A stretch of 64,000 nucleotides of DNA from Stegostoma tigrinum (Eukaryota), in contig NC_081365.1 in NCBI RefSeq assembly GCF_030684315.1, positions 29,886,062 through 29,950,061 of the forward strand, in the 5' to 3' direction. The translations under genes were made by a program, and so were the position numbers. The notes below the pieces were generated by a model. The model searched no databases. It was not told the origin of the DNA and was given only the letters and a program-made list of their open reading frames with translations. This document shows, one piece after another, positions 37,617 to 49,889 of the stretch. Numbering within the stretch: the stretch's first letter is position 1; each line of letters opens with the position of its first letter.

Positions 37617-40600
37617 TGAAATTAACACCAGAAGCCAATATCCCATTAACAAGTCACCCTTTACTTACACGTGCATTGTGCTTGACACTGGTCTGGCTTC
37701 CTTAGAGCTAGCTCTCAGAATGAGCAGAACTTCAGATAGTCTTGTTTATATCTATTAGCTAGGGTTCCCTGACTGGGGCTGTTAACCTGGTCCAATCAGG
37801 GCATTCATATTCTATGGAGGTCCATCTGGCTGACCTCATTACAATCAGTACAAGAAGGTACACATAAATTGGTCCTTCTCATGTTGGCAAGATATAACTA
37901 TCATTATGTCACAGGGTTCAGTCCCAGGGGCTGAGCTTTTTATGTTATATAAATTAAGTGGATAAAAAAGGTACCATATTTATGGTTGCAGAATTTGAGG
38001 CTGTTAACCTGATACAATCAAGGATCTCATACCATTAAATCCATTTGGCTGACCTCATTACAATCAGTCCATCCCATCCCCTCTAAGTCCAGGAACACAG
38101 CCTGGTCTTTTACTTGTAGCCTCTTATGGAGCGTTTTTGTACCAGGCCCGGTTCCTCTGACTCATCCTTGTATACAGGCAGTGTGTATACAATCATAGCT
38201 CACCTCCTGTGTGTGGTGCATCTCAGAAGAAATTCATCCTCTTCTTCAGGAGGTAAAGGCGCAGAGGTTGCAAAATTCACGCCCATCTATCTCAGCCTCT
38301 GGAGGTTTATCAGACACTAGACGGATGGGAAGAACTCACGGAGTTCCAGCTGCCTTTCCAGCTGTTTCGAGGGGCCAGCAATCTTTTGCTCCTACCCTCT
38401 ATGTACGTTTGCAGCTTTCACGTAGTGTACAAAGTTCGGGTAAGTAAGGCAGACCTGAACCTGGACCACAAGACCTGACCTCACACCAATTGTGCCTCTT
38501 ATTCAAACAGGGCTATTTCTGTAATTTTGGTACCAAACTGTCTCTCTTACTTAGGGGACCTTATGTCTGGCACTGACATTCCAGATGTTGTTGTTTCATC
38601 CCAGGCTGGGATGATCAGATTTAACCTGGTGCAGAGAGTCTTCTCCCCATTAGCAACTCTGCTGGATCTGGCCCTGTACTTAACGGATGGTCCGATAATT
38701 AAACAGGAACCAGGACAAGTCTGCTATCAAGTGAAGCTCCAGGCTGTTTCTTGAAACTCACCTTCAAAGTTTGGTCTGCTCTGGCAAACCACTGGACGAT
38801 GGATGATATGGAACCTTGCTTGTATATCGAATAGCATTCAACTTAAAGGAAATACTTGAATTCCCTGCTGGTAAACAATGGCCCACTGAGTGTGATCAAC
38901 ACTTCGGAGAGAAATCCATGTATTGCAAAAGATGCTTGTAGCTTTTCTACCATCACCCACATCTTTCACAAATGAACTCTCTGCAAATCCAACTCTGAGT
39001 GGACATTCACAATGGCCAAGAACATTGAGCCCATGAAAAGGACCAGCATAGTCAACATGTAACCACATCCAAGGTTTACCTGGCCATTCCCAAGAACATG
39101 GGGGTGTTGCTGGTGGTAATTTGTGGGCACTCTGGGCACAGCTCAGCCAACACAGCTGTATCTGCATCCAATCCTGGCCGCCAGACATAACTTCTTGCCA
39201 AAGATCTTCATTTTGGACACCCTTGGTGGAATTCAACCGGTATCTGGTAGCAACCTTTGCTTGGGACAATCATCTTTCCCACCATAATAAAATTTCTTCC
39301 GCGATCTGGTCCAGGTCCAGAAGCATTTCATTTCTGGTTGTGATGGCCTTTCTGTTTTCCCAACCACCACCAGCTGCTTGAGTTTTACTAAGACCAGATC
39401 TTTTCGCATGCACAGTCTTATATTATCAGCTTTGACTAGAAGGGTGTCCAAAAAGTTTAAAACTTTTCAGACCTTTCCAGCAATGAACCACTGGAGGCAT
39501 ATCTGCCAGTGGGTGGAAACTCAAGGCATCCACATTTGCTACTTAAAATACCGCCAATGTTCCAACTTGTAACTATATGCACAGAACAAGAGCCCACTGC
39601 TGAATTTGACCTGAAGCTATGGGTGGCAAAGCCTTGTCCTCTTTCAGTAGCCCTAGCAGGGGTCTGTTACTATTCAAATTTATGCCTGTAAAACATATTG
39701 GTGGAACTGTCTCACACTAAAGATGACAGCCAAATCTTCCTTCTCTATCTAGGCATACTTACACTCTGCATTAGCTGAAGTCCAGGAAGCATAATGCTGT
39801 TGGGCGATCCTCTCCATTGGACCATTTGTGAGCCAACACTACCCCAATACTGTGTGGACAGGCTTCACGTATCAGCACTAGGTCTCACTTGGGATCAGTC
39901 AGCAAACAGTGTAGACAATGACAGCTGCTTCTTCATTTCCCTAGAGGCTAAATCTTGGCAACAAGACCATTTCCAAGGCTGCCCCTTTTTCAAAGCAGAT
40001 GCAAGGCTGCCAAGATGGAGGCTAGGTTACATACAAAAACTTTCCACCATAATTCACCAACACAAAGAAAAACTTAAGCTCCAGTACAGACATAGGAGCC
40101 AGGGAAGCTTTGCTCACCCTCACTTTATCATCCAATGGTCTAGCCCAGTCTCGTTGGTACTGTAGCCCAAGTAGGTAACCTGGAGTGCCTCAAACACACC
40201 TTTTCCTTCCAAGGCAAACGACTGTCGTGGAGAAAGGTCTATGCCCAAGTTCTCCAAGTCCTCTATTTTTTTTCATGTTGCTGCCATACAGCAGTAGTGC
40301 TTAATTTTCCAGCACCCAAGTGCATAAGTGCGAGGCTCAGTAAAACACCCAGTATACAAATAGCTTTGTTAACATGCTACCACCACCTAGGACCACTTTA
40401 TTGGTCATCCCTGTTATTAACACTTCATCCAATTAGGTGGCAAATGGGCTACACCCTGTAAAATGTTCTCCATCATCCAGTGAAAAATGGCACAGTCTGA
40501 AGATACCGCAAATGGCAGTCTTGTAATATTGGTACAAACTCTCATGGGTATTAATTGTAGCATACATCTGGGAATCCTCATCTAACCACAACGCAAGTAC

Positions 40601-42460
40601 GCATAGCTCATGTCTAGCTTCATGAAAGACAACACCCCTGCCGGCTCTGCATATAAATCACATGTGATGGATTGTATATCTATCTAACTGTGGAAAGAAG
40701 ATTACTGTTTGTTTAAAATCCCGAAAAAGGCGAAGCAACCAATCAGGCTTCACAAAAATCTGTACAACTGCTGCTGGCCATTCCACAAACTGGACTGGTT
40801 CGGATAATTCCTCTGCTTTCTGGCATGACTTCTCCTCTACTTCTGCAAATGACACTGGGCAGGGCCTGGCAGAATTGTTTCCTGGTCAACACGCAAGGTG
40901 GCCTTGACTCTTTTGAGAGCCCCTAGACCTTCCTGAAAAACTTCCAGTACTTAGTTAGAAAAAGACTGCCTGAGTGAAGTTCTAAATAGAAAAAGTGTTG
41001 AGCCGATCAAGGTGCATCCTTCTCAACCAACCACACCCCATCAGGTTTGGGCCAGAGCCTTTTTAATATAATCAGTAGTATCTAAACCAGTTGCTTCTCA
41101 TGCAAGATCAGAACCAAAGTCATACTTTTAACGTGTAAGGGTACCCCAATATAGATTCTGGCTGAGGTCTTATGCAAACTTAAGGGTTGGTGGCCAGAGC
41201 AAATTTTGTTTAAGATTGATTCAGCAATTGCTGATAAAGCTGCACTGACATTGGCCTCCATTAGAACTGGGTACCCATTTAGGTAGACATTTATTGGGAT
41301 TGGTTCTGATTTGGATGCTGGTGAGCAATTTAACTGTTTCAAGCCACAGGAGGTGGGCTTTCCAGGGTGTGCAGTCTCCTGGATACCAACCTATGAGTTC
41401 TCTAATTCAATTCAGGCTTAGTGGGTCTCTTTTGCCATCATAAGTCCACATACCAGTAACAATCACAATGCTTACTAGCCTGGATTCTAAAGAAAATGCT
41501 AACCACTTGGCAGAGGCTTGGCTTTATTTTGGGTTTTTGCTGTGGGCTGACCTTGTACTCCCTCTGTTCAGGATATGACCTGAATAAGGTTATGCAATTA
41601 TCCTCACTCAAGTGCTGTCCCACCAAGCTCAGTCAGCCTAGCAAAGGTGTCCGCTTCCATTGGCAGACCCTGCAACTCATATGCTCCACTTGCCACATTT
41701 CCAATGATAAAGACAGTGTTGTTCATGTCTGAAGTCCAATTGGGCTTCAACTAGTAAGCGTTTTTGCTCAGTTACATCAGTAATTCCACATGCCAAGTGA
41801 GCAAACAATCTCTCAGCACCTTATTAAAAGTTAAACTAAAGTGACAGGCCTCTGCCAGTCAGCTTAACGTAGTCAAAATTCCAACATGGATTCTCCTGGT
41901 TCTCGAACTATCAAGTAAAGCTGATAGTGTCTCAGAATTAGAGAAGACTTAGGATTATAAATTCTAAGATTGTAAATGTCACATCTTGAAAAGGTTTTAG
42001 TATCCAGTGAATGTCAGACTCCTAATAAACGAAAAGCTGCGGATCCACAAGCTATCAGGAGAATTACTCATTGCTTTTCATCTGCCCCAATGTCACTTGT
42101 CCTGAAAATGTAATGCACTCTGTCCACATACTAGGCCCAATCTTTAACATCAGGATCAAACGAGTCAAGCTTCTCAAAGAATGGCGTGATGCCTGAAATG
42201 CTTACCCCAAGATGACTGTTGCATGCAAATTTTTTTAAAAGTTTTTTCTTCCTCTCATAGCCACTGAAATTACTCGACAGAGGCTGGTATCCCATCTCCA
42301 AGTCGCCCTTTATTTACATGTGCATAGTACTGTATCTGACACTGGTCTGGCTTCCTCAATATCAGGTCTCAGAGTGAGCACAGCCTCTGACACTGTTTAT
42401 ATCTGTCAGCCAGGGCTCTTTGAGTGGACCAGGTTACCAGCCCCAGTCATGAAACTCATT
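37617..42460 (-). mobile_element. Decayed Gypsy/Ty3 LTR retrotransposon (K02A2.6/Mag-like)
   Basis: Homologous LTRs at 37617-37852 (TG..CA) and 42265-~42460; PBS-like TGGCTATGAG next to the 5' LTR; purine tract at ~38071-38084; gag start (PFFEKLDSFDP..DW), protease, RT (PVQFVEWPAAVV..KPD..RLFRDFK) and integrase (WEWPGKPWMWLHVDYAGPF) remnants in Gypsy order. Confidence 0.9.
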
Positions 42461-43089
42461 TTTTTTGTAATGAGGTGAGCCAGGTGGACTTCATTCACTA
42501 CAAAGAAGAACTCGTCCTCCTTAACTAAGTGTGCAAAAAAAATCTGAGTTTCAGTCCAAATCAAACAAAATCAAGATTGTAAACCGTCTACTAAACCTAA
42601 AAATAAAATAAATGAATTGCCAAATCAGAGAAATTTAAACATAAAGTAGTTGTGGGATAAGTGTACAATATGAACATTAAGCTTAAGTAACTCAACACCA
42701 CTACCTTACGCAGAGGATGGCGAATAGAAGCCATAAATTGCTGCATGCAAAAATTATAAAAGCACTTATTCAAGAACTACAACGCGATCTCTTTCACAAT
42801 ACTGGATATGGATGGAAAGTAGAGAACGTTCCATAGGCAATGTCAAGTGGATGCCACCATGATTTGGAAAAATGTCTTCAATGAGCAAATTAAATTTTTA
42901 AAAAATGATTAATCTGTTCATTTATCTCTCCCCATAGATGCTGCGAGATCGGCAAAGTTATTCCAGTAATGTTTTAAATACCTTTATGGATGACTGTTGT
43001 TTTACTGCAGTATTAAAGCAATTGCAGTGTCTGAAAAAAAATCATCCTTCGTGCCCATGATTTCCAAAAACTCTCCTAACCTCACCAAG

Positions 43090-43240
43090 AGACAGTAGGA
43101 ACTACCGATGCTAGAGAATCTGAGATAACAAGCATCACAGGAGCAGGAAACCATTTCTGAAGAAGGGTCCAAGACCCAAAACGTCAGCTTTCCTGCTCCT
43201 CTGATGCTGTCTAGCCTGCTGTGTTCATCCAGCTTCACAT
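43090..43240. mobile_element. PLE-terminus element with mutated hammerhead
   Basis: CTGAAGAAGGGTCCAAGACCC-AAAAC-GTC (GAAA changed to AAAA), preceded by a partial inverted arm. Confidence 0.7.
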
Positions 43241-44149
43241 GGTTTGATCAGTTGTCAGTGTGGCCTTGAAAATATACTGAAGACTGTGGGATTAAACTGA
43301 AGCCTCCTGTTTCTTTGAAGTCTCTCAAAGGATACCCACCAAACCTTGTCAGCAGTCCCAGGGATACCTCATAGAGAACATGTTGGGAAATTAACTACTG
43401 AAGGCCACCTCGTTAGCACTAACCTTTCACCCAGTTACTCTACAATTTCTGTTATGTATTTACATTTCAGATTTCCAGCACTTAACAGTATTTTATTTTT
43501 ATAATAGCATGTTTGGTGTGTTTTATTTTTCTGGTCATCTTTCCTGTGAACTCAGTTTGTTTTTACCACAACCTAAATATTAAAACACTTTTTTTCCACG
43601 TGCCTTTATCAACCCAAGTTCAGTTTCACGTTGATCAGGAGAAACTACTGTGGAAAACATCTTGACTCAATGAGCAATACGATATAGAGGGACTACAACA
43701 AGTGAATTTTTAGGTCAAAAATCGGTGCGAGATGCTAGTCATTCAACTGTCGTTTCCAGACAGATTTGTTTACACTGCGCCGAAACTAAATAAAAATCAC
43801 ATCAAAAGGCATTTGCAAATTTCCTGACTCAAAAAAGAATTCGCATTTCTCCCCACCACCAAGACGATGCTGGTCTACGAGCAAGTGAATGAAAATCGGA
43901 GGTTCAAGTGTTACTAAAGTGTAAGTGTAGATTGTATTTGACAGATTTGTAGAAACTGATGTTATTTCTCGCCCCACTCCCAAACATAAAAGACTTGTAT
44001 CCGCACAAGAAGGAAACAAAAACAAAACAAAGTACAGCTGTCAGTCAACTGACGACAACAACACCCAGACCGAACTGCAAACGTCCGAAATTAATGGTCA
44101 ACAACAAAACACCCACCTGAGGGGCGAGCTGCTGGGGTCTGCACCGGGA

Positions 44150-44650
44150 AATTGTGACGCAAAAAAAAGCCACAGGAAGAAAATGAAAGCACAAGCAGAC
44201 CCCGGGACAATGACGGGGCCCCGGGCTCACTGCTTTCCGCCCGTCATCCGGCACGAAACTCGGTAACGGTCAGAGCCCACATCCACGGGCCGAGACTGTG
44301 ACTGCAGGCCCTGGGACGGGACCGACCCGACTACAACCGGCCCCGGCCCACAGCCAGTGCCAGGCCTAGGCCCTGCGGCCGCCTTTCCAAGCCTACCTCA
44401 CTGGAAATGAAGAAATACCAACAATCTCTCTCTCCTCCTTTCCGCCTTCTCTCTCTCTAAGGAAGGAATCTTCATCACACCGGAAGGGGAGGAGCAAAAA
44501 AAAATTAACCTCCACAAAAAGAGGGTTAAGTCACTCCAAGTTGGCCGACAACATGTTGGAAAAAAAATTTCTCTCTACCTTTACAATGATAGGGAAAGCA
44601 CCATGGCGTCACGACATGCCTGTGGCTCTACTGAAGTCACCCGTTTTGAA
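44150..44650. promoter_or_regulatory. CpG island / SENP7 promoter
   Basis: GC- and CpG-rich against an AT-rich background; ETS-type CCGGAAG at 44480-44486; ATGGCG and CGTCA at 44603-44611. Confidence 0.75.
44397..44480 (-). other. SENP7: Probable non-coding exon 1 of SENP7
   Basis: Minus-strand tandem donors cca|gtgagg and gag|gtaggc at 44402/44397 inside the CpG island; transcription start not determinable. Confidence 0.55.
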
Positions 44651-44906
44651 TAACATAACGCAGTTTTGGTTATTACGTAGTTAAAAATTACATTTATCCG
44701 TTGTGCTTCTCTTTGGTGTTTGTAACACAAGAGTAGCGTCTGTATTCCACGAACGTTTATGTGGTTAGCACTTAGCTAAACCACCTGTAATCTTCTGTTA
44801 GAATTCTCTTGATAAAAATCAAAAGCTAGACAGGAGATCGCCTAAAAGGACTCGACCCCTAGATTCGGTTGGCAGCAGGTGGTGAGGGAGCAAACGACGG
44901 AAAACC

Positions 44907-46692
44907 ATAAATAACAAGGTGCTCCTAAGATGCTGCTTGGCCTGCTGTCTTCATCCAGCTCCATACTTTGTTACCTCTATAAAAAGGTGTAGAGCTGGAT
45001 GAACTGAGCAGGAAGGGTCTAGGCCCAAAACGTTAGCCTCCACTGACACCCCCATCCACTTATCTGAACTCATCCTCACCCTCAACAACTTCTCCTTTAA
45101 TTCCTCCCACTTCCTACAGACAAAGGGGGTGGCAGTGGGTACCCGCATGGGCCCAAGCTATGCCTGCCGCTTTGTAGGGTACATGAAACAATCCCTCCTC
45201 CAAAGTGACAGTGGCCCTATCCCCCACCTCTTCCTCCATTACATTGATGACTGTTTCGGCGCTGCCTTGTGTTCCCACGAGGAGCTCGAACAGTTCATCC
45301 ACTTCACCTACACCTTCCACCCCAACTTCAGTTTACCTGGACCATCTCTGACGCCTCTCTCTCCTTCCTGGACCCCTCTGTCTCCATCTCTGGCATCCAC
45401 CTGGAAACCAATATCCATTTTAAGCTTACCGACTCCCACATCTACCTAGAATATTCCTCCTCTCACCCACCTTCCTGTAAAAAGGCTATCCCCATTCCCA
45501 AGTACTTCGCCTCCGCCGCATCTGCTCCCAAGATGAGGCATTCTACTCCCGAACATACCAGATTTGCTCTTCTTTCAAAAACTGCAACTTCACCTCCACA
45601 GTGATCGAAAATGCCCTGAACCGTGTCTTCAGCATTTCCTGCATCTCATCCCTCACACCCCCTATCCGTAATAATAACCAAAACGGAATACCCCTCGTCC
45701 TCACGTACCACCCCACCAACTTCCAAATCTAATGTCATCCTCCGACATTTCTGCCATCTGCAATCCGACCACACTACCAAAGACATTTCTCCCTCCCCAC
45801 CCTTGTCTGCTTTCCAGAGGGGCCATTCTCTCCATGACTCCCTTGTCCACTCCACACTCCCCTCCAGTCCCACCATGCCCACCACTTTTCCCTGCAACCG
45901 AAGCAAATGCTACACCTGCCCTTATACTTGCCCACTCACCCCAATCCCAGGCCCTAGGAAGACTTTTCACATCAAACAGATGTTCACCTGCTCATCTGTT
46001 AATGTGATATACTGTATCCACTGTTCCCGTTGTGGCCTCCTCTACATCGGGGAAACCAAACGGAGGCTTCGGGACCACTTTGCGGAACACCTACGCTCAG
46101 TTCGCAACAAACAACTACACCTCCCAGTCATGAACCATTTCAATTTCCAACCCCCAACTCCTCAGACGACATGTTCATCCTGGGCCTCCTGCATTGCCAC
46201 AATGACACCAACTGAAAGATGCAAGAACAGCATCTCATATTTCGCTTAGGAACCTTGCAGCCCAAGAGTATCAATGTGGATTTCGCAAGCTTCAAAATCT
46301 CCTCTCCCCCGACCACATGCCAAAACCAGCCCAGCTAGTCCCCGCCTCCCGAACCATTCCTCCCATCTCAAGCCCTACTCCCAACCCGTGCCCACTAACC
46401 TCATCCCGCAACCCCCCCCCCCCCCCCCCCCCGACCTGTCGCCTCCCTAACTCCCCACCTACATTCACCTTCACTGGCTCTAACCCCGCCTCTTTGACCT
46501 GTCTGTCTCCTCTCACCTTATCTTCTCCTTTATCCATCTTCTATCTGCCTCCCCCGTCTCCCTATTTATTTCAGAATCCCCTTACCCTCCCCCATTTCTG
46601 AAGAAGGGTCCTGACCCGAAACGTCAAGCTTCCCTGCTCCTCTGAAGCTGCTCGGCCTGCTGTGTTCATCCAGCTTCATACTGTGTTATCTC
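44907..46692 (+). mobile_element. 5'-truncated Penelope-like element (RT + GIY-YIG + terminus) with rearranged terminal pieces at its 5' end
   Basis: GVAVGTRMGPSYA..FLHYIDDCFG (RT) and NVIYCIHCSRCGLLYIGETKRRLRDHFAEH (GIY-YIG); a few frameshifts and stops; pyrimidine-rich 3' region; ends ..ctgtgttatct. Confidence 0.92.
46598..46625 (+). ncRNA. Minimal hammerhead ribozyme core in the PLE terminus
   Basis: CTGAAGA-a-GGGTC-ct-GACCC-GAAAC-GTC with a perfectly paired stem II. Confidence 0.8.
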
Positions 46693-46699
46693 TTCTGCC

Positions 46700-47500
46700 C
46701 ATAGCCAAGCTGCTTTAGTACAGCTATAACACTGGTGCATATCGAACAATGTGAAAAAATGCCTAATTATGTACTGTACACAAAACAGAAGACAAATATT
46801 ACTCAGCCAGTAATTGTCCCTTCAGTTTATTCAGTAATGAGTAAAGTGATAGAAAGTGTCATCAAAAGCATTATCAAGAAGCATTTACTCAGCAATAATC
46901 TTCTAACATTCAGTTTGAATCCTGCCAGGGTACTCAGCTCTTGACCTCATTATAATCTTGGTTCAGATATGTAGAAAAGTGTTGAATTTCAGAAGTGTTG
47001 TGACAGTGACTGCCCTTGACTTCAAGGCTACATTTGTCTGAGTGTGGCACCTAGCAAAATTAGTCAATGGGAATTGGGTAAAATCTGTTTGCTGGTTGGA
47101 GTCATACCTAGCCCGAAGCAAGATGGTTGTGGTTGTAAGAGATCAGTCTCACAGCTCTAGGTCATTTCTGCAAGACTTCCTGAGGGTAGTAACCTATGCC
47201 CAAGCATCTTCAGCTGCTTCAATTACCTTCCTTCTAAGAAGTCAGAGTTGGGAATGTTCATCATCATTCATCACTCCTCAGATACTGAAGCAGTCCAAAT
47301 GCAGCAAGGCCTGTACAATAGCCAGGTTTGGCCTGACAAGTAACATTTGTGTCCACAACTACCAAGCAATGACCATTTCTAATTACAGGAAGTCTAATCA
47401 TCACCACTTGACATTCAATGGCATCACTAGCACTTAATCTCCCCATATTAATATCCCTGGGGCCACCATTGACCAGAAATTGAACCAGCCATCTACATAC
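46700..47500 (+). mobile_element. CR1/L2-like LINE fragment
   Basis: SKVIESVIKSIIKKHLLSNNLL, ALDFKA, WLESYL motifs. Confidence 0.75.
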
Positions 47501-47594
47501 CACGGCAACAAGAACAGCCTAGAGGTTAGGGCTAGGAAACCTACTGTGATTAAAAAAGGAATGGGTAGGCCATTCAGACCATCAGGGAGCCAAA

Positions 47595-47910
47595 GCAAGC
47601 AGGGTGGCTCAGTGGTTAGCGCTTCTGCCTCAAAGCGCCAGGGACCCAGGTTTGGCCCCAGCCTAGGGCAATGGTCTGTGTAGAGTTTTCATGTTCTCCC
47701 TGTGTCTGCATGGGCTTCCACCAGGTGTTCTGGTTGCTTCTACAGTCCGAAGATGCGCAAGTTAGATGGATTGGCAATGGTACATTGCCGATAATGTCCA
47801 GGGATGCATGGGGAATGCAGAGTTAGCAGGACAGAGTGGGATGCTCTTTGAGCAGTCAGTGCAGTCTCAAAAGGCCAAATGGACTCTTTCCAGATTATAG
47901 GGAATCTAGA
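47595..47910 (+). mobile_element. tRNA-derived SINE (HE1/V-SINE-like)
   Basis: A-box TGGCTCAGTGG at 47605-47615, degenerate B-box, central ttctccctgtgtctgcatggg domain and CR1-like tail. Confidence 0.8.
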
Positions 47911-49889
47911 ATCAAGTGTGTTCACCATGTAACACAATTATTGCTGATTGGACCATCCATCGCCTTTTAGCCACACTACAACCTTTTATACCAGTGATAA
48001 GGATCTATCAATTTCTACTTTAAATAAACTCAAAGACTGAACCACCGTTGTATTCTGCGGTAGAGAATGCCAAAGATTCACCTCTTTCCAGTTAAATAAC
48101 TTCTCACCTCAGTCTGAAATAGCACTCCCCTTATTTTTACATTGTGCACCCAACTGAAGACTCACCAACTGGGGAAAACCTAACCTGCACCTACTTCATA
48201 CATTACTTTAAGTATTTTCTGGATTTCAATAAGATCACCCATCATTCTTTGAAACTCTAGAGAATACCAGCCCAGTTTGATGGATCTCTCTTCACAGGAT
48301 AATCCCATTATCCCAGGAGAGAGTCTGGTGAGCCTTTTTTCAAATTATTCCCTTTATTGACACTCTGCAGAACAAAGCATGATTGGCATCACATCCACAA
48401 ACATTCACTCTTTACACCAGTGACACTCAGGATTAGGACAGTATACTAACTACAAGACACTGCAGAAATTTAGCAACACTCCTTAAACAACATCTTCCAA
48501 ACCCGTAACCACTATCATCCAGAAGGAGATGGGCAGCAAATAAATGAGAACATGACATCCTGCAAGTAACCCTCCAAGCCACTCTTCATCCTCATTTGGA
48601 AATATGTCACCATTCCTTCACTGTCACTGAATCAAATTCCCATAACTCGCTCCCCATTCAAAATTCTGACTTCAAGACACAAACAGATCATCCATGATCT
48701 TACTGAATCTTGCAGCAGATTACAGGGGCCAAATTGTTTACTTCTGATCCTATTTAACATGTTGGTACAATGTTGTACAGATAGTAGAAGATCTTCAGAT
48801 CTTGGAGAAATAACTGCCATGTTGGTCTTCCTCATTGTCCCTTTAACAATGGATATTACATCAATGTAACATGTAATTAAGAACCATCATATGATAAACA
48901 ACATCTTGTTTAAGACAACAATCTCTTCTTGCTAGAAGAGAGTGGTTTTCTACTGCTGCATTAGACCAAGCAGTGTCAGTAGATCCTGACTAGAAAACTG
49001 AATGATACTAGTAAAGCTACCAGAAAGCTCACACAAGCAGCTGAGGATTCATTTTTAAATGAGATGAACAAAGTCAACTTCCATGGCCTGGGAATTTGTT
49101 TAAAGATGTTCTGCCACCCTGTGGCTTGGGGGATTTTGTTCTTTTAGTAAGGTAAAAACAGAACCGATAACCTCATTACTTTAGAACCTAAAGGCGTAAT
49201 AAAACAGAAAAAAATTTAACAGTAGTAGTGGACTATTTGTAACTCATCAAAATCAGTTATAATAAACTCTCAAGTTCCAATACAAAGTGAATTTTTAATT
49301 GTAAATTAGGTAGCATCTACAAGCCATCTGTTTAAGATCAGCTGAATTTCTTTTACAACCAATTGTCTAAGTAACATCAATGAGAGTTGGACGAAAACGT
49401 CCTTAATTTTGCATTTAAATTTGCTCCTGAAGAATTGAATGAGTGGCAACACCTGAGTCAGAATTCGTTGAAAGGAGGAAGAGTTTATATATTCATTTAA
49501 GTAAAAACTTAATTGGTGAATTATCTAAACTCAAACACACTTTCACTTGGTAGTTACGAAATATTTTAAAACCATTTTCATTAACTGTTTAAATACTTTC
49601 AGAAGTCAGACGAAACTAGGTTATAGTCCAACAGGTTTAACTAAAATCACAAGCATTCGGATTGTCGCCTGGAGCCTTCTGACCTTGTCCACCACAGTCA
49701 AACGGGCATCTCCACATCGTGGCTACCAGTTAAACAACTACTAAACCAATGGTATCAGCAAATTGGCCCTGGGGCTATATATAGCCCCTGAAACCGATCC
49801 GTATAGCAAAGTATAGAAATCAACTTAATGCCGACGGCCTCGTGAATGAATAGGTAATTCGAAAGGCTAAGTTGAAATTCATTAAGAAA

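Noticed and set aside
45623-46601. Overlapping 80-208 aa ORFs on both strands as novel genes
   Set aside because: Frameshifted PLE coding remnants and shadow ORFs from C-rich low-complexity sequence.
47605-47670. tRNA-like A/B boxes (also at 51695-51755)
   Set aside because: No cloverleaf; these are SINE heads continuing into SINE body and tail.
49872-49889. ORF-track start of FAM172B
   Set aside because: TTG start; the ATG at 49890 in good Kozak context is preferred.
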